A stretch of 63,605 nt of DNA, filler included, from Olpidium bornovanus S191 (taxonomy: Eukaryota; Fungi; Olpidiomycota): NCBI GenBank assembly GCA_017911155.1. It is 28 parts of 28 records of this genome, joined end to end, with 100 filler letters (N's around TTAATTAATTAA, not from the genome) between each part and the next. Parts side by side here need not be neighbours in the genome. Positions count along the whole stretch, not along the records: positions 1 to 2,079 come from JAEFCI010008981.1; positions 2,180 to 4,055 come from JAEFCI010003929.1; positions 4,156 to 7,092 come from JAEFCI010000104.1; positions 7,193 to 8,814 come from JAEFCI010002875.1; positions 8,915 to 10,421 come from JAEFCI010013363.1; positions 10,522 to 12,342 come from JAEFCI010006088.1; 22 more parts are not named here. One strand, written 5' to 3'. Under the pieces are notes generated by a model. That model was not told where the DNA came from, searched no databases, and saw only the letters and a list, made by a program, of their open reading frames with translations. This document shows positions 1 through 12,442 of this stretch, one piece after another (positions within the stretch are counted from its first letter, which is position 1; each line of letters starts with the position of its first letter). The position numbers were made by a program, and so were the translations under genes.

Positions 1-20
1 CCCCCCCCCACCCCCCCCGG

Positions 21-59
<39 letters not shown>

Positions 60-218
60 AACACCCGCAGTGCCAGTGTCCGACGGGCCTTTCGCCGTCA
101 CCATCATCGTCGCCAACCGTCCGCCCGCCAGTCCTGGGCGCTGCCTGACCGGCCTCTTTTTTCCCTCAAACCCCCGCTGCCGCGCGCCGCACGCATCGCG
201 TCGACGTTTGTTTTCCAG

Positions 219-1330
219 GTTCGCCCCTGCCGCCGGAAACCCTCGCCTTGTGCAAGAGGGCGACCGCGATACTGCTGGGCGCGGTCGGCGGACCGGCGTG
301 GCCGCGCCCAGTGGACCCCGCCGATCCGTCCAAGGGCTTCACTCCGCGGCCAGAGGAGGGCCTGCTGGCACTCCGGAAGGAGCTCAACCTGTACGCAAAC
401 CTTCGCCCGTGCAACTTCGCGTCGCAGTCGCTCGTCAAGAACAGTCCTCTGAAGGAGGAGATCGTCCAGGGAGTCGGGTTCACCGTCATCCGGGAGCTGG
501 TCGGCGGCGTGTATTTCGGCAGGAGGGAGGAGGAGGATGAGCAGGGCAACGGTGGGGTCCCCGCTGTGGTTTTTTCTTCTTTTCTTGCGTCTTTCCCCGG
601 GACGACTTGGTTTGGGAAATCGTCTTTAGTACCGTCAAGCGCATTGACCGTTAAACAACAACAATAAAAAGCGTACGACACCATGCCTTACTCGGTCTCC
701 GAAGTGCAGCGGATCGCCCGTCTCGCGGGGCAGATGGCAATGCAGTCGAACCCGCCGCTGCCGATCCACAGCATCGACAAGGCGAACGTCCTGGCCACCT
801 CGCGACTCTGGCGGCGCGTGGTGACCGAAACGATCAAGAAGGAGTTCCCGTCGGTGCTGCTGGACCACCAGCTGGTCGACGCGGCGGCGATGCACCTGGT
901 GCGCAACCCCCGCTCTCTCAATGGGATCGTCCTCACCGAGAACTTGTTCGGCGACATCCTCAGCGACGAGGCCTCGGTCATCCCCGGCTCCCTCGGCCTG
1001 CTGCCGTCCGCGAGCCTGGCCGGGATGCCCTCCGAAGAGGCCGGTGTCGTCGCGGAAACGGTCGCCCTCTACGAGCCCATCCACGGCAGCGCCCCCGATA
1101 TTGCCGGCCGCGGCGTAGCGAACCCCGTCGGCACGATCCTCTCGGCGGCGATGATGCTGCGCTACTCCCTAGGTATGCCCGTGGAGGCAGACCTCGTCGA
1201 GGCGGCCGTCAGAACCGTCCTGGACGAAAAGCCCGCCGGAATGGGCCTCCGGACGAGGGACCTCGGCGGTGACGCGACTACCGTCCAGATGGGGGACGCC
1301 ATCGTGGCGGAGCTGAAGAAACTTCTTTAG
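219..1330 (+). CDS. LEU2: 3-isopropylmalate dehydrogenase, 5'-incomplete; visible exons about 219-550 and 672-1330
   Basis: Motifs [63 protein letters not shown]...[50 protein letters not shown] intron joins ...[12 protein letters not shown]. Stop TAG at 1328-1330. Confidence 0.93.
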
Positions 1331-1767
1331 TCGTCGCGGTAATCCCGGAATTAAAAGCAGGGAAATAAAAACGAACCCGATTTGTCTGGCGACTCGTCTG
1401 GCCACGTAGATAGAATTATCATAAGCGCAAAATGCAGACCAGGTTTTCGAGAAAACGTATGGGACGTGTCCAAGGGTTAATCTTTTTGGGCGGCAGACCG
1501 TTGAGTGTCACGTGATCACCCTCCGGGATTGTGACCGGTTTCAAAGCGTTTCCATTCTAAACAGATTCAGAGAAGAATTCCGAAATATATTATTTCAAAC
1601 TTCATTGGTAGTGCTCCGCCTCGTCCGTGTTCGCGGGCGAAGAAGGATGGAAATGCGAAATTATAAAATGTTACGAAGGTGTCTTGACTGACAGCGGGGG
1701 AGGGATTCTGCGACGGACGGCGGGGGGGGGCGGGGCGGACCGGGCCGGGCCGGGGGGTTTGTGTGTG

Positions 1768-1800
1768 CGAGTGTGTGTGTGTGTGTGTGCGAGTGTGTGG
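1768..1800. repeat. (GT)n microsatellite, interrupted
   Basis: gtgtgtgcgagtgtgtgtgtgtgtgtgtgcgagtgtgt seen directly. Confidence 0.85.
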
Positions 1801-2025
1801 GGGATGTGCGCGTAAGACGGGATGCTTGGGCCGGGGAAATATTGACTCACGGGAAACCAAGCCTCGGGGTGGCCGGCAAAGCGGCGCACCCCCATTTGAA
1901 CTGCTAGGCGGGACGGCGAGGGCGGCCGTGGCGCTACCGGGCCGCCGGATTCGGCGGAAAAAAAAAACCGGGCCAAATGTGGCCGCGGGCTGAGAGGGGG
2001 GGAGAAAAAAAAAAGCAAAAGCAAA

Positions 2026-2066
<41 letters not shown>

Positions 2067-2079
2067 GGGGGGCCCCCAA

Positions 2080-2179
2080 NNNNNNNNNNNNNNNNNNNNN
2101 NNNNNNNNNNNNNNNNNNNNNNNTTAATTAATTAANNNNNNNNNNNNNNNNNNNNNNNNNNNNNNNNNNNNNNNNNNNN
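2080..2179. other. Artificial 100-bp contig linker N44-TTAATTAATTAA-N44 (first of 27)
   Basis: Identical linkers start at 2080, 4056, 7093, 8815, 10422, 12343, 13475, 15344, 16727, 18218, 19502, 21603, 24128, 26404, 30931, 32848, 36974, 39594, 41045, 45118, 47365, 50930, 52467, 55042, 58705, 60335 and 62263. TTAATTAATTAA places stop codons in all six frames, and unrelated partial genes abut each linker. Confidence 0.98.
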
Positions 2180-4055
2180 CATGAGTTTTCCTTTTGCCTA
2201 ACACGCCTCCTCCCCGGCAGCTTATCCGCAGGGTGAAATGGTTGCGCAGCGCGGTTCTCGACAAGGTGGGATCCGCCGTTCGGCCCCTTTATCGGCGTGG
2301 CCTTGTTTCCACGCCTGCTTGCGCACTGCCAGTTGACGGAGCCTGCGCCGACAGGGAGGCAAAGTTGCTGATTTCGGCGGCATGAGGACCGGCGCAATCG
2401 TCGACCGGGCCGTCGGCGTCCTCCGGGAGCTTGTGGGCGAGCGTGAGGACCTCCTTGAGCGCGTGTTCTTCTCCACCAAGCGATTTGAGCTGAGCTTCTA
2501 CCGGAACCAGGCTATCCATTTGTTCATCAAAGAAGGTGCGCGGCAATTTTGGAGGCATGGGGACAAGCATGCTCCCATCAGACCGGCGGTTTGACAGTTT
2601 CCCTCTGCATGTCACCAGCGATTGTATCGGTTTCGATGTACGCCACCATCCGCCGCGGCGGGTCTAAGGAGACGCAGCGCGTCTCGTACGCCGAATTGCT
2701 GGACGAAGTGACCTTCTTGTCGCGCCTGCTGAAGGTGGACTTCATATACCCGCCCGGTACAATAGAAGATAACCTCAAGGAGACTCTGCGGTTCATGGTT
2801 GTGCGTGGACTTCCGCGGAATTTGCGGCGCGCCCGTGTTGCGACTTCCGGGTGTCCTCGCGTATTCATCCACCTGGACGGCAACGCAGACTTCGGAGATC
2901 GTGTGCGCCGATAATGAGTACATATGGCTCTCCGATCGGGAGCGGGCGCGAGGTCGCGAAAATTTTGGTGCGTTCGCGGTCCCTTTCCAGTTCATCGATG
3001 CGCTTCTGCGTGGCGTTTGCCGCCGGCGCCTGACCTCCGAGCTCGCCGACCCGCAAGACTTTTATTGCTTCCTGATATGGCCCTTCGTGGACGCCTACTG
3101 GCTCGCTGGTGCGTGTTGGGGACTTTTTGGACGAGATCGCTCCGCGCCCCGCGGACCCTCACTTTTCGGTATATCATCCCGCTGATCGGCCGATCCGCGG
3201 GGCTTTTGCGCGCGCCAGTCGTCAGCATGTTCTCCTTGGCGCCACTCCCGGATCCGGCACCCGAGCCGCCGTTGGCCGAGGTGCGCCCGGCAGGTGCCGG
3301 AACCGTTCCGAAATCGCCCGCCGCCGAGGGCGTCCCGTCGACCGTGGCTCCTCCCCCGGTGCTTGCGACCCCGCCGTCGCTAACTCTGGCAGAGCCGCCG
3401 TGGGTGGACGACAAGCTTTTCATGTCGCGGGTGCAGCTTCTGGGCCGCACGCTGTACTACCAGGGCGACCTGACTTACTACGAGGCGATCAACAAGGAGA
3501 CGCTCAAGAACGCTTACCTCCGGCTGCAGAGCGCCAAGGACGAGGGCGCCGTCCTCCGCGTGCGCCGCCCCGCCCCGTCGGCGCGGCAGCAGGTGCCCGC
3601 CGTGTCGCTCGACCCGCGCTACGTGCCAGTGGTGAACGCCAACCGCCACAGACACGACGGCGGGGACAAAAACGTGCAGGCTGAATGCTACCAGGTGCAC
3701 AACTGGAATCACGTCCAGTACAGCGTCCAGCCCCAGGGAGCGCTGTTCGAGCTGATGGAACGGGTCGGGAGGTTCCGCAGGGAGGGAAGGACCGCAAGCT
3801 CCGAGGGGATCGAGAGGAACAAGCTCGTGTGAGTTTGACGTCCGGCCGTGTGGGAATTCAACCGCGTGGGGCCGGTCCTCGGCCTCTTCTCGCCTTGGTT
3901 TTCGTGCTCGGCGGGCAAAGATGCTGAATTGGCGGGGTTGCGCGTTTTTTTTTTCGGATTATTCCGCGTCCAGCGTCACAGCGAGGGTGCTCAGACTCGC
4001 GCTCACGGTCGGGCGGTGGACCCCCGAAGACATACGGGAAAAGTCAAAGGCCATG
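2180..4055 (+). CDS. Glycerol-3-phosphate / dihydroxyacetone-phosphate acyltransferase (GPAT/DHAPAT, PlsB-like), C-terminal multi-exon fragment
   Basis: Exons read FELSFYRNQAIHLFIKE, VSYAELLDEVTFLSRLLKVDFIYP, ENF/DFYCFLIWPFVDAYWLA, GRTLYYQGDLTYYEAINKETLKNAY. These match the C-terminal domain of fungal and animal GPAT/GNPAT as I recall it. The catalytic HxxxxD lies outside the contig. Confidence 0.75.
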
Positions 4056-4156
4056 NNNNNNNNNNNNNNNNNNNNNNNNNNNNNNNNNNNNNNNNNNNNT
4101 TAATTAATTAANNNNNNNNNNNNNNNNNNNNNNNNNNNNNNNNNNNNNNNNNNNNC

Positions 4157-7092
4157 ATGAAGTACGACTACCTCTGGAAAGACGACCGCTCGGAGACGGT
4201 CAACAAGTTCCTTACCGGCAACCCCACCATCGCGGATTTTGAGGCGGAGATAAACAAGTACGAGTACATCGAAAGGGAGATCCAAGAAATCCCCAATTCC
4301 ACACAGATCGGCCTCCTGATGATCTCGGCCGAGCCCCTGAAACTCGCGCTCACCCAGGAGACTAAAGACTGGAAGTTGGAGTACGGCCAGAAGCTGAACT
4401 CCAAAGTCAAGAAGGACATGGAGGAGCTGATCGAGTACATGGACTCGAAGACGGTCAAGCTCGCCCGAAAGATATCCGACATCGACGACTTGCGCCTGGC
4501 CGTCACCACGCTTTCGGAGATCAGGGAGGCGGAGGTGGACATTGACATGAAGGTCGCACCGATCGAGGAGGCGTACCAGCTGCTGACGAAGCACGGCGTG
4601 ACGGTGACCAAGGAGGAGACGGAAATGGTCGACTCCCTGCGCTACAGTTGGAAGAAGCTGAAGCAGCTGGTGATCGACGTGCAGAGCAACCTGTCGCTGA
4701 TCCAGCCCAAGTTTAAAGCCGACCTCATTTGCTCCGTGCAAAAGTTCGCGGAGGACGTGGTCGCGTTCACCGCGGAGTACACGGATAACGGGCCAATGGT
4801 CAGCAACATCCAGCCAAAGACGGCCTCGGAGCGACTGAACGTATTCCAGAGGTCTTTCGACGAGCTGAACCGCAAGTGGGAGACGTACTCGGCCGGGGAG
4901 GAGCTGTTCAGCCTGCCGGTCACGCCGTTCCCCACGCTGGTGAAGATTAAGAAGGAACTGAAGCTTCTGCAGAACCTGTACTCGCTGTACAACGACGTCC
5001 TGGAGAAGCGGAACGCGTACTACGAGATGCTCTGGTCGGACATGGACTTGAACCGCATCAACGTGGAAATGGCGGACTTTCAAACGAAGATAAAAAAGCT
5101 GCCGAAGGCGATCAAGGATTGGGACGCCTTTATCGAGCTGAAAAAGATCGTGGACAACCTGTCCGGGGTGGTCCCGCTGCTGGAGATGATGTCGAACAAG
5201 GCCATCCAGACTCGCCACTGGGACCAAATCATGAAGATCACCAAGACGCAGTTCAACCTGGACCCAGAGATGTTTTACCTGCGAAACGTCTTGGACGCGC
5301 CCCTGCTTGATAACCTGGAGGAGCTCGAAGACATCTGCATCTCCGCCGTGAAAGAGGCGGACATCGAGACCAAGCTCAAGGCGGTCGTTATGGAGTGGGA
5401 GGACCGCATCTTCGTTTTCGCGGCATTCAAAAACCGCGGCAACCTGGTCCTCAAACCGTCGTCGACCTCCGAGATCATCTCGATGATGGAAGACTCGCTC
5501 ATGACGCTGGCGTCGCTGATGAGCAACCGCTACAACGCGCCGTTTAAGCCGGAGATTCAGACGTGGGTCCACAACCTCTCCACCGCGTCCGAGGTCATCG
5601 AAAACTGGCTCGGGGTGCAGAATTTGTGGATATACCTCGAGGCGGTGTTCGTCGGGGGGGACATTGCGAAGCAGATGCCGAAAGAAGCGAAGCGCTTCCA
5701 GAACATTGACAAGTCCTGGTGCAAGATCATGCAGTCTGCCAACGAACACCCGAACGTCATCGCGTGCTGCGTGACCGACGAGACGATCCGCAACCTCCTG
5801 CCGCACATGACCGAGCAGCTTGAGCTCTGCCAAAAGTCTCTTTCGGGGTACCTTGAGGCCAAGCGCGCCGTGTTCCCGCGTTTCTCCTTCGTGTCGGACC
5901 CCGCCCTCCTCGAGATCCTCGGGCAGGCGTCCGATTCCCACACCATCCAGGCCCACCTCAAGTCCGTGTTCGATAACATCGACAAGGTGCAGTTCCACGA
6001 GAAGGAGTACGACAAGATCCTGGGGATGGAGTCGTCCGAGGGGGAGCAGGTGCAGCTCTCCAAGCCCATGATGGCCCAGGGAAACGTCGAGCTGTGGCTT
6101 GGCGTCCTGCTCAAAGCGATGCAGGCCACCGTCAACGACATCATCCGCGAGTCGGTCTCGCGGATGAACGACATGCCCCTCCAGAAGTTTCTCGACGAAT
6201 ACCCCGCACAGATTGGCCTTTTGGGACTCCAGATCGGGTGGACGACGATGTCGGAGGAGGCGATCATTGCGTCCAAACAGGACAAAAAGAGGATGGCCGC
6301 GACTCTCCAGCGCATCACGGACATACTGAACACGCTGATCGAGGTCACCACGAGGGAACTGACCAAGATGGACCGCGTGAAATACGAAACCCTCATCACC
6401 ATCCAGGTCCACCACCGAGACGTCTTCGAAAAGCTGGTCAAAGCCCACGTCAAGTGAGTTTGGGCTTGGGGAACGCGTCCGGAATGCGCCAATGCCCCGA
6501 ATCTGACAAACCGGGCGGGGCCGCCGCTTTTCTCTATCTCTTTCTTTCTCTCTCTCTCTCTACCTCCCCATTTTCTTGCAGATCGGCGGACGACTTCGAG
6601 TGGCTCAAGCAGATGCGGTTTTACTGGCGAGAAACGAAAGACGCCTGCATCGTGTCGATCACGAATTTTGACTTCCGCTACCAGTGCGAATACCTTGGAT
6701 GCACCGACCGTCTCGTCATCACGCCTCTCACCGACCGCTGCTACATCACGCTCGCCCAAGCGATGGGGATGTCTCTCGGCGGCTCGCCCGCGGGGCCGGC
6801 CGGGACCGGGAAAACGGAGTCGGTCAAAGATCTGGGCAAGAACCTCGGTAAGTGGGTCGTCGTCTTCAACTGCTCAGACCAGATGGACTACCGCGGCCTC
6901 GGTCGAATCTACAAAGGGCTCGCGCAATCCGGGGCGTGGGGTTGCTTCGACGAATTCAACCGGATCGAGCTGCCGGTGCTCTCCGTCGCGGCGCAGCAGA
7001 TCGGTTGCGTGTTCTCTGCGAAGAAGGAGCGCAAGGCGACCTTCGTCTTCACCGACGGCGAGACGGTGGAGCTCAACCCGGAGGTCGGCATG
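4157..7092 (+). CDS. DNAH5/8: Axonemal outer-arm dynein heavy chain (DNAH5/DNAH8, Chlamydomonas gamma-type), internal fragment: tail, linker and start of AAA1; exons 4157-6453 and 6582-7092
   Basis: [91 protein letters not shown]-loop [36 protein letters not shown]. Intron gtgagt..ttgcag with phase conserved. Confidence 0.93.
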
Positions 7093-7192
7093 NNNNNNNN
7101 NNNNNNNNNNNNNNNNNNNNNNNNNNNNNNNNNNNNTTAATTAATTAANNNNNNNNNNNNNNNNNNNNNNNNNNNNNNNNNNNNNNNNNNNN

Positions 7193-7923
7193 CCATGATG
7201 TGCGGAGGAATCACCGTCTTCAACCCCATCAAGGACCTCGGAGCCGGCCCCGGCAAACGCATTGGGATCGTTGGAATCGGCGGTCTGGGACATTTTGGCC
7301 TCCTCTTCACCAAGACGCTCGGGGCGGACCCCGTGGCCATCTCGCACTCGTCCTCCAAGAAAGCCGATGCCGAAAAGATGGGCGCAGTGCAGTTCATTTC
7401 CGTCAAGGACGAGCCCGATTTTGCCACGAAATACTCCCGCACCCTGGACGGTCCGTTTTTTTTTCAGATTTGTTTTTGTCACGCCATTTTTTTGGTTTCA
7501 ATGGGGGCATGAAAGCCAATATGATATTGGTCCATAACGGGTTGATGTTGGAATGGATATTGATATTGACATAAGTCGCACCCGCTTGCAGGCATCGTCG
7601 TCACAGCTAACAATCACGACATGCCCCTGGCCGAATACGTGCAGCTCCTCAAGCCCGGCTGCAGGCTCATTCTGGTTGGCGCGCCTGAACAGCCTATTGT
7701 GCTGCAGACGTTCCCGTTGTTGTTCAACAAGGTGTCTATCGGCGGCTCCCTAATCGGAGGCACGAAGCAGATCGAGGAGATGCTACGCGTGGCTGCCAAG
7801 AACGGCGTCCGGTCTTGGGTACAGACCCGCAGCATGAAGGATGCCAACCAGGCCGTCGTTGACATGGAAGCCGGAAAAGCCCGCTACCGCTACGTCTTGG
7901 TGAATGAGAAGCACCTCAAGTAA
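7193..7923 (+). CDS. NADP-dependent zinc alcohol dehydrogenase (cinnamyl-ADH / yeast Adh6-7 family), 3' fragment, 2 exons (about 7193-7450 and 7592-7923)
   Basis: PMMCGGITVFNP, Rossmann GIVGIGGLGHFG, SHSSSKKADAEKMGA, IGGSLIGGTKQIEEML, GKARYRYVLV*. Confidence 0.9.
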
Positions 7924-8914
7924 AAAATCGAATCTGACTCGCTCCGGCAAAGTTTTCTCCCTCTCCCGCCCCCCAGTTTTCTTGGTACAGCACAGCCAGA
8001 ACTTTTTCAATTTTTTTCTTGCACAGAGGGGCTTTCCGAATTGCGCAAATCCAAAGAATACAGCCCGTCGTTTTCCTGTATGTCCCCGGACCCCCGTTAA
8101 CCCCCCCCCCCTCAAATGAAATGTAAGCCAATTGCGACTCCAGAGCACGCCCCGAAATTTGGTTCGGAAGGGAGTGGGGCGTGTGTTTTGCGCTGCTTTC
8201 CCGCGACCGCAGAGCAACGGACGATTGGCACTTCCTCTCACCAGCGGAGACGGGCAACGAACGTGATAAATAGGGTCGGGGGGGGGGGGGTGGTGAAAGC
8301 GGTCGACCAACGCGCTTTCCAGAGACCACCCAGGGTCGCTGGACACTCTGTTTCGCAGAAAAAAAAAAAAAAAAAAAGAAGTGCGACAGACGAGAAGAGA
8401 GAGAGAGAGGGCCTGCCTCAGCGCGGAGCGTCTCCGGCTGCGCCGTGACGCGCTGCCTGAGCACACAGAGGAAGAGGGGTTTTGTGCCGGACCCCCGGAT
8501 CCGTCTGCTTGGGCGCACTGGCACATCCCGCACACGCGCGCGCGCGCACACCGGCGCCTCCGTTGTCCCCAAGGTGCCGGTGGATGTCTGTCGAGGGAAT
8601 ACCGCAAACGACGACCACGGCCCCCCCCCCCCTCCCCACCTTCCCGCTAGGGCTCTTCTTGTAATTCAATCAGCCCGACCGGCGTTTAGCTCCGGGAACG
8701 GAAGCCGCAAAAACCTGCTGGCAGGGAATAAACACATATTCCTGCGTCGATCAGAATTCTACATTTTTTCCGAATACAGCATTGGCGCCCGGGCTCTTCA
8801 CCAGCAATGGGAAGNNNNNNNNNNNNNNNNNNNNNNNNNNNNNNNNNNNNNNNNNNNNTTAATTAATTAANNNNNNNNNNNNNNNNNNNNNNNNNNNNNN
8901 NNNNNNNNNNNNNN

Positions 8915-10421
8915 CACACGGACGTCACTGCAGCGGCAGCCACGGTCGCCCTAGGGTTGCTTTACTTGCGGTCCAATGACGCTGAAGTCGCCACCTGTCT
9001 CGCAGTGCCTCCTACAATCAGCGGCCTGGAACATGTCCGCCCGGACCTGCTGCTCCTCCGCGTCGCTTGCCGCAACCTCATCCTCTGGGAAGGCATATCG
9101 CCAACGTCCGAATGGGTAGAGGCTCAAGTACCTGGGTACGTCGGTGAGGTTGCCGACGTCGTGCTCTCAAGCGGATCCATGCAGGCTGTCTCGTCGCTCT
9201 CCCATTCCGAGAAGTTCGCGAAAGTTATTCACGCCGTCCAGAACCAACTGTCCGACTTTGGCAACTCAGCTTCAGACGCGGACGTCGACGGGGTTATCAA
9301 TGCGTGGGTCAGCATTATCACGGGGGCTTGCTTTGCGATGGGGCTGCGGTATGCGGGATCTGCGGACAAGATGGCGTACCGAACGCTGTTGCATTACATG
9401 GACTTGTTCATCCGTGCAACTTCGCTCCCTGGTGAGTAGTTACTGCAGCTCCCGCGGCGGCTTTCCCGTTAGAACCGTACGTGTAACTGACGGGGCGCTG
9501 TAAACAGCCAACAGCTTCGAAAACAAAATCTTACGGACGGCGCTGAAAGCTGGCCTGAACGTTCTGTGCACGTCCATATGTTGCGTCATGGCCGGGACGG
9601 GAAATCTGGAAGTTCTCAAACGACTGCGGCGTTTGCACGGCCGTGTATCAGACACGACCACCTATGGGGACCACATGGCTGTGCACATGGCGCTGGGCCT
9701 ACTATTCCTAGGCGGTGGGCAGTACACCTTAGATAATTCAAATCGCGCCGTCGTCGCTCTATTCTGTGCGCTCTACCCGCGGTATCCCTCCCGTCCCAAC
9801 GACAATCGTCCGCACCTGCAGGTTTTCCGACACCTGTGGGTGTTGGCTGCCGAGCCGCGATGCTTTGTCGTGCGCGAAACGGACACCTGCCGGCCCGTGT
9901 ACGCGCCGATATCGGTGGTTACCAAGAACAGCTCGGACATGGGAACAGGAGACGGGAACGAGGAAATCCTCGAGTTAGTCGCGCCGTGCCTCCTGCCGGA
10001 CCTACGGAAAATCAAATCCATCATCATTAACTCTCCGAGGTACTGGCCGATCAAGCTGGACTTCATCGCCAATGATTTCGCGGAGATGATTCGCATGGCC
10101 AGGCCGGTGTTCGTCAAGGAGCGCCCGGGTCATCTTGACTTCGTTAACGTGCGTGCTTCTGGTTTGCCTCGGTGGATCCGGCTTTCTGGACCCCCGTACG
10201 CCCATTGCGTCTAAGTCCCTGCATACGACGTTGGCATTATGTTTTTTAGGATCCAAAGGGGTTTTTGGGCCCGAAATCCCGGCCGTTTCCGTTGCCTTCA
10301 TCATGCACGCTCAAGCCGACGGACAACTCCCTCGAGCGCTATATGCGATCTCTCGGCGATAATTCGGACACATCAACATTAGTTCTCCATTTGTGTCAAA
10401 ATTATTTCGACGCGGAGGACG
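8915..10421 (+). CDS. APC1: Anaphase-promoting complex subunit 1, internal PC-repeat / C-terminal fragment, multi-exon
   Basis: TDVTAAAATVALGLLYLRSND, HVRPDLLLLRVACRNLILWEGISPTSEWV, IITGACFAMGLRYAGS, VMAGTGNLEVLKRLRRLH, YGDHMAVHMALGLLFLGGG, DNRPHLQVFRHLWVLAAEPR. Confidence 0.92.
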
Positions 10422-10521
10422 NNNNNNNNNNNNNNNNNNNNNNNNNNNNNNNNNNNNNNNNNNNNTTAATTAATTAANNNNNNNNNNNNNNNNNNNNNNN
10501 NNNNNNNNNNNNNNNNNNNNN

Positions 10522-12290
10522 CATGATGATCTCCGACATTGATCTGTATGCAACGAGCGAGGTCAAAAAGTATCCCGTCTTCGCGTATTGCCAGGATATG
10601 ATGGGCCACCGGAAGTACATCGGGATGGAGGTTCAATGGCGTACGTAGGGGTGATTTCCGTGGCCATCCCATATATCCCAGAGATTTCGACGTCGCTCAA
10701 CCTTCAACGTTTTTTTTTGTTGGTAGACGCCTATCCTAACGGCAGCTGCGAGTTCATAAGTTTCGATATCCGAGATTCCGGTACTGCTTTTGACGCAATG
10801 GCGTTTCAACGCAAATTTGGGGTTTTTGGCTATTCATAGTCACTAGTCGCCGAATTGTGAATTTGCAGGAGCTGTATTATCCAAATCGCTCGACGATGAC
10901 GAGGCGTTACCAGAGTTTGACGACGAAGATCCTCCAGGACCTCTGCCGGTGTTGAAGGACCTGCTGGCAGAAAGCGAGGACGTCGTGAAAATGGTGAGTG
11001 CGGGTCAACTCAGTTCAGCCGGATGGAACCTACAGACTAGGGCGTTGATCCATGTGCGACGCCAGAGTGCCTCTATCAGGACGTATGCCGAGTACGAGGT
11101 TCTCAGCGGGATTAGCCACGCGCCGGTGAGCGCGCTGGGCGGAACGGCAACATGGTTCACATTATCTGACGGCACGTCGTTTACATGAAGTTTTTTTTTG
11201 TAAATACAAGTCGTGCGCCCGCCCCTCGTCGATAGCGCTGGCCGCGTGTTGCGACGGAGCACATGAAGTCCTGTCATCTCCACCTGCTTCGTCAGTGGTG
11301 TCTCTGGTTGGTTTATCCGGGAAATGCGCCTGACCAGCATGAAACGGCGGCCAACGCTGATCTGCGGGCGAAAACGAAATTCAGAAAATCAGATGCGTGA
11401 GCGGAGTGTACGACAGAGAGTCACACCCCAGCACGAGCAAGCTGTTCGATGAGCTCAGGAAGCTCCACTTGTTGGCTCTGGCGATGGCGGGGTCTCGACC
11501 GTGGGAAGGGGATCCAAATGACTCAGCACCAGGAGTGACAGAAGCGGAGATCGATAAGTTCCTTGACGGTGCGACGTGGTTTCGGCCTCAACGTTTGCCC
11601 CTTCAATACCGGTCGCGAAGGCAAAAACGTGCCTGACACTTCCCGCCGTGCAGACATGATAAAGGAGGAAGCCGGTGCCGGGCCGACCGCACGCTCCGGC
11701 GACACCGCGAAGAAAAGCTCGCCCGCGAAGACCAACCTGGTCGAAGTGCTACCGCCGCGAAAGGATTTGGACTTTACAGACAGACTTTGGGTATTCTGTC
11801 AAGGTGCGTTCCAGCGCGTCGGCGATAATTTTGTGCCGCGCGAAGAATCGGCGAAATTATAAACCAAAAGAAGGTCCCAATGGTCACCAGCCGCGCGAAA
11901 CCAGGAAGAACTCGTCGGCATCCTCGCCGCGGCCATGGACGACCTGGAAAGCGGCCGGCTCAGGCCGATGGTGCGCCGAGCGGCGGAGGAAAAAAAGTTC
12001 TATTGCGCCCGCCCGATTCCCGCACAGATTGCCGAACTTCGTCCCCGTCCCCCCCCCCCCCCGCGACCCGCGCAGGTCCGCCAAACCAACCAGTCGTCGT
12101 TCGCGAACATGGTCAGGGAATGCCTGCGCCTCAGCCTCCTTCAGACGGCCCCGGACTACGCAGAGCAGCTGGGGAACGTGTCGCGCACGTTCGACTTTTG
12201 GCTCGAGCAGCCGCTCGAGTGCATGGTGGAGGTCGGAATTTCGAAGCTGAAGAGAGACTACGTGCACTGCCTCGTCGGTCCGTTGAGTAA
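10522..12290 (+). CDS. ZWILCH: Zwilch (RZZ kinetochore-corona subunit) homologue, internal multi-exon fragment
   Basis: Spliced exons give PPRKDLDFTDRLWVFCQ / ELVGILAAAMDDLESGRLRPMV / RQTNQSSFANMVRE / QPLECMVEVGISKLKRDYVHCLVG. This is colinear with my recollection of animal Zwilch (DLDFAEQLW...LQRGDIQPWLH...PVQMLLEIGLDKLKKDY). Confidence 0.75.
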
Positions 12291-12442
12291 AATCTCATTT
12301 CCTCTGGTTGGCAAAGTTTTGTGCGGGGCAGAGGCTGCGCTCNNNNNNNNNNNNNNNNNNNNNNNNNNNNNNNNNNNNNNNNNNNNTTAATTAATTAANN
12401 NNNNNNNNNNNNNNNNNNNNNNNNNNNNNNNNNNNNNNNNNN

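Noticed and set aside
4100-6448. 782-aa antisense ORF overlapping the dynein exon
   Set aside because: It is a shadow ORF produced by GC3-rich codon usage of the sense gene, has no independent motifs, and starts or ends in the linker.
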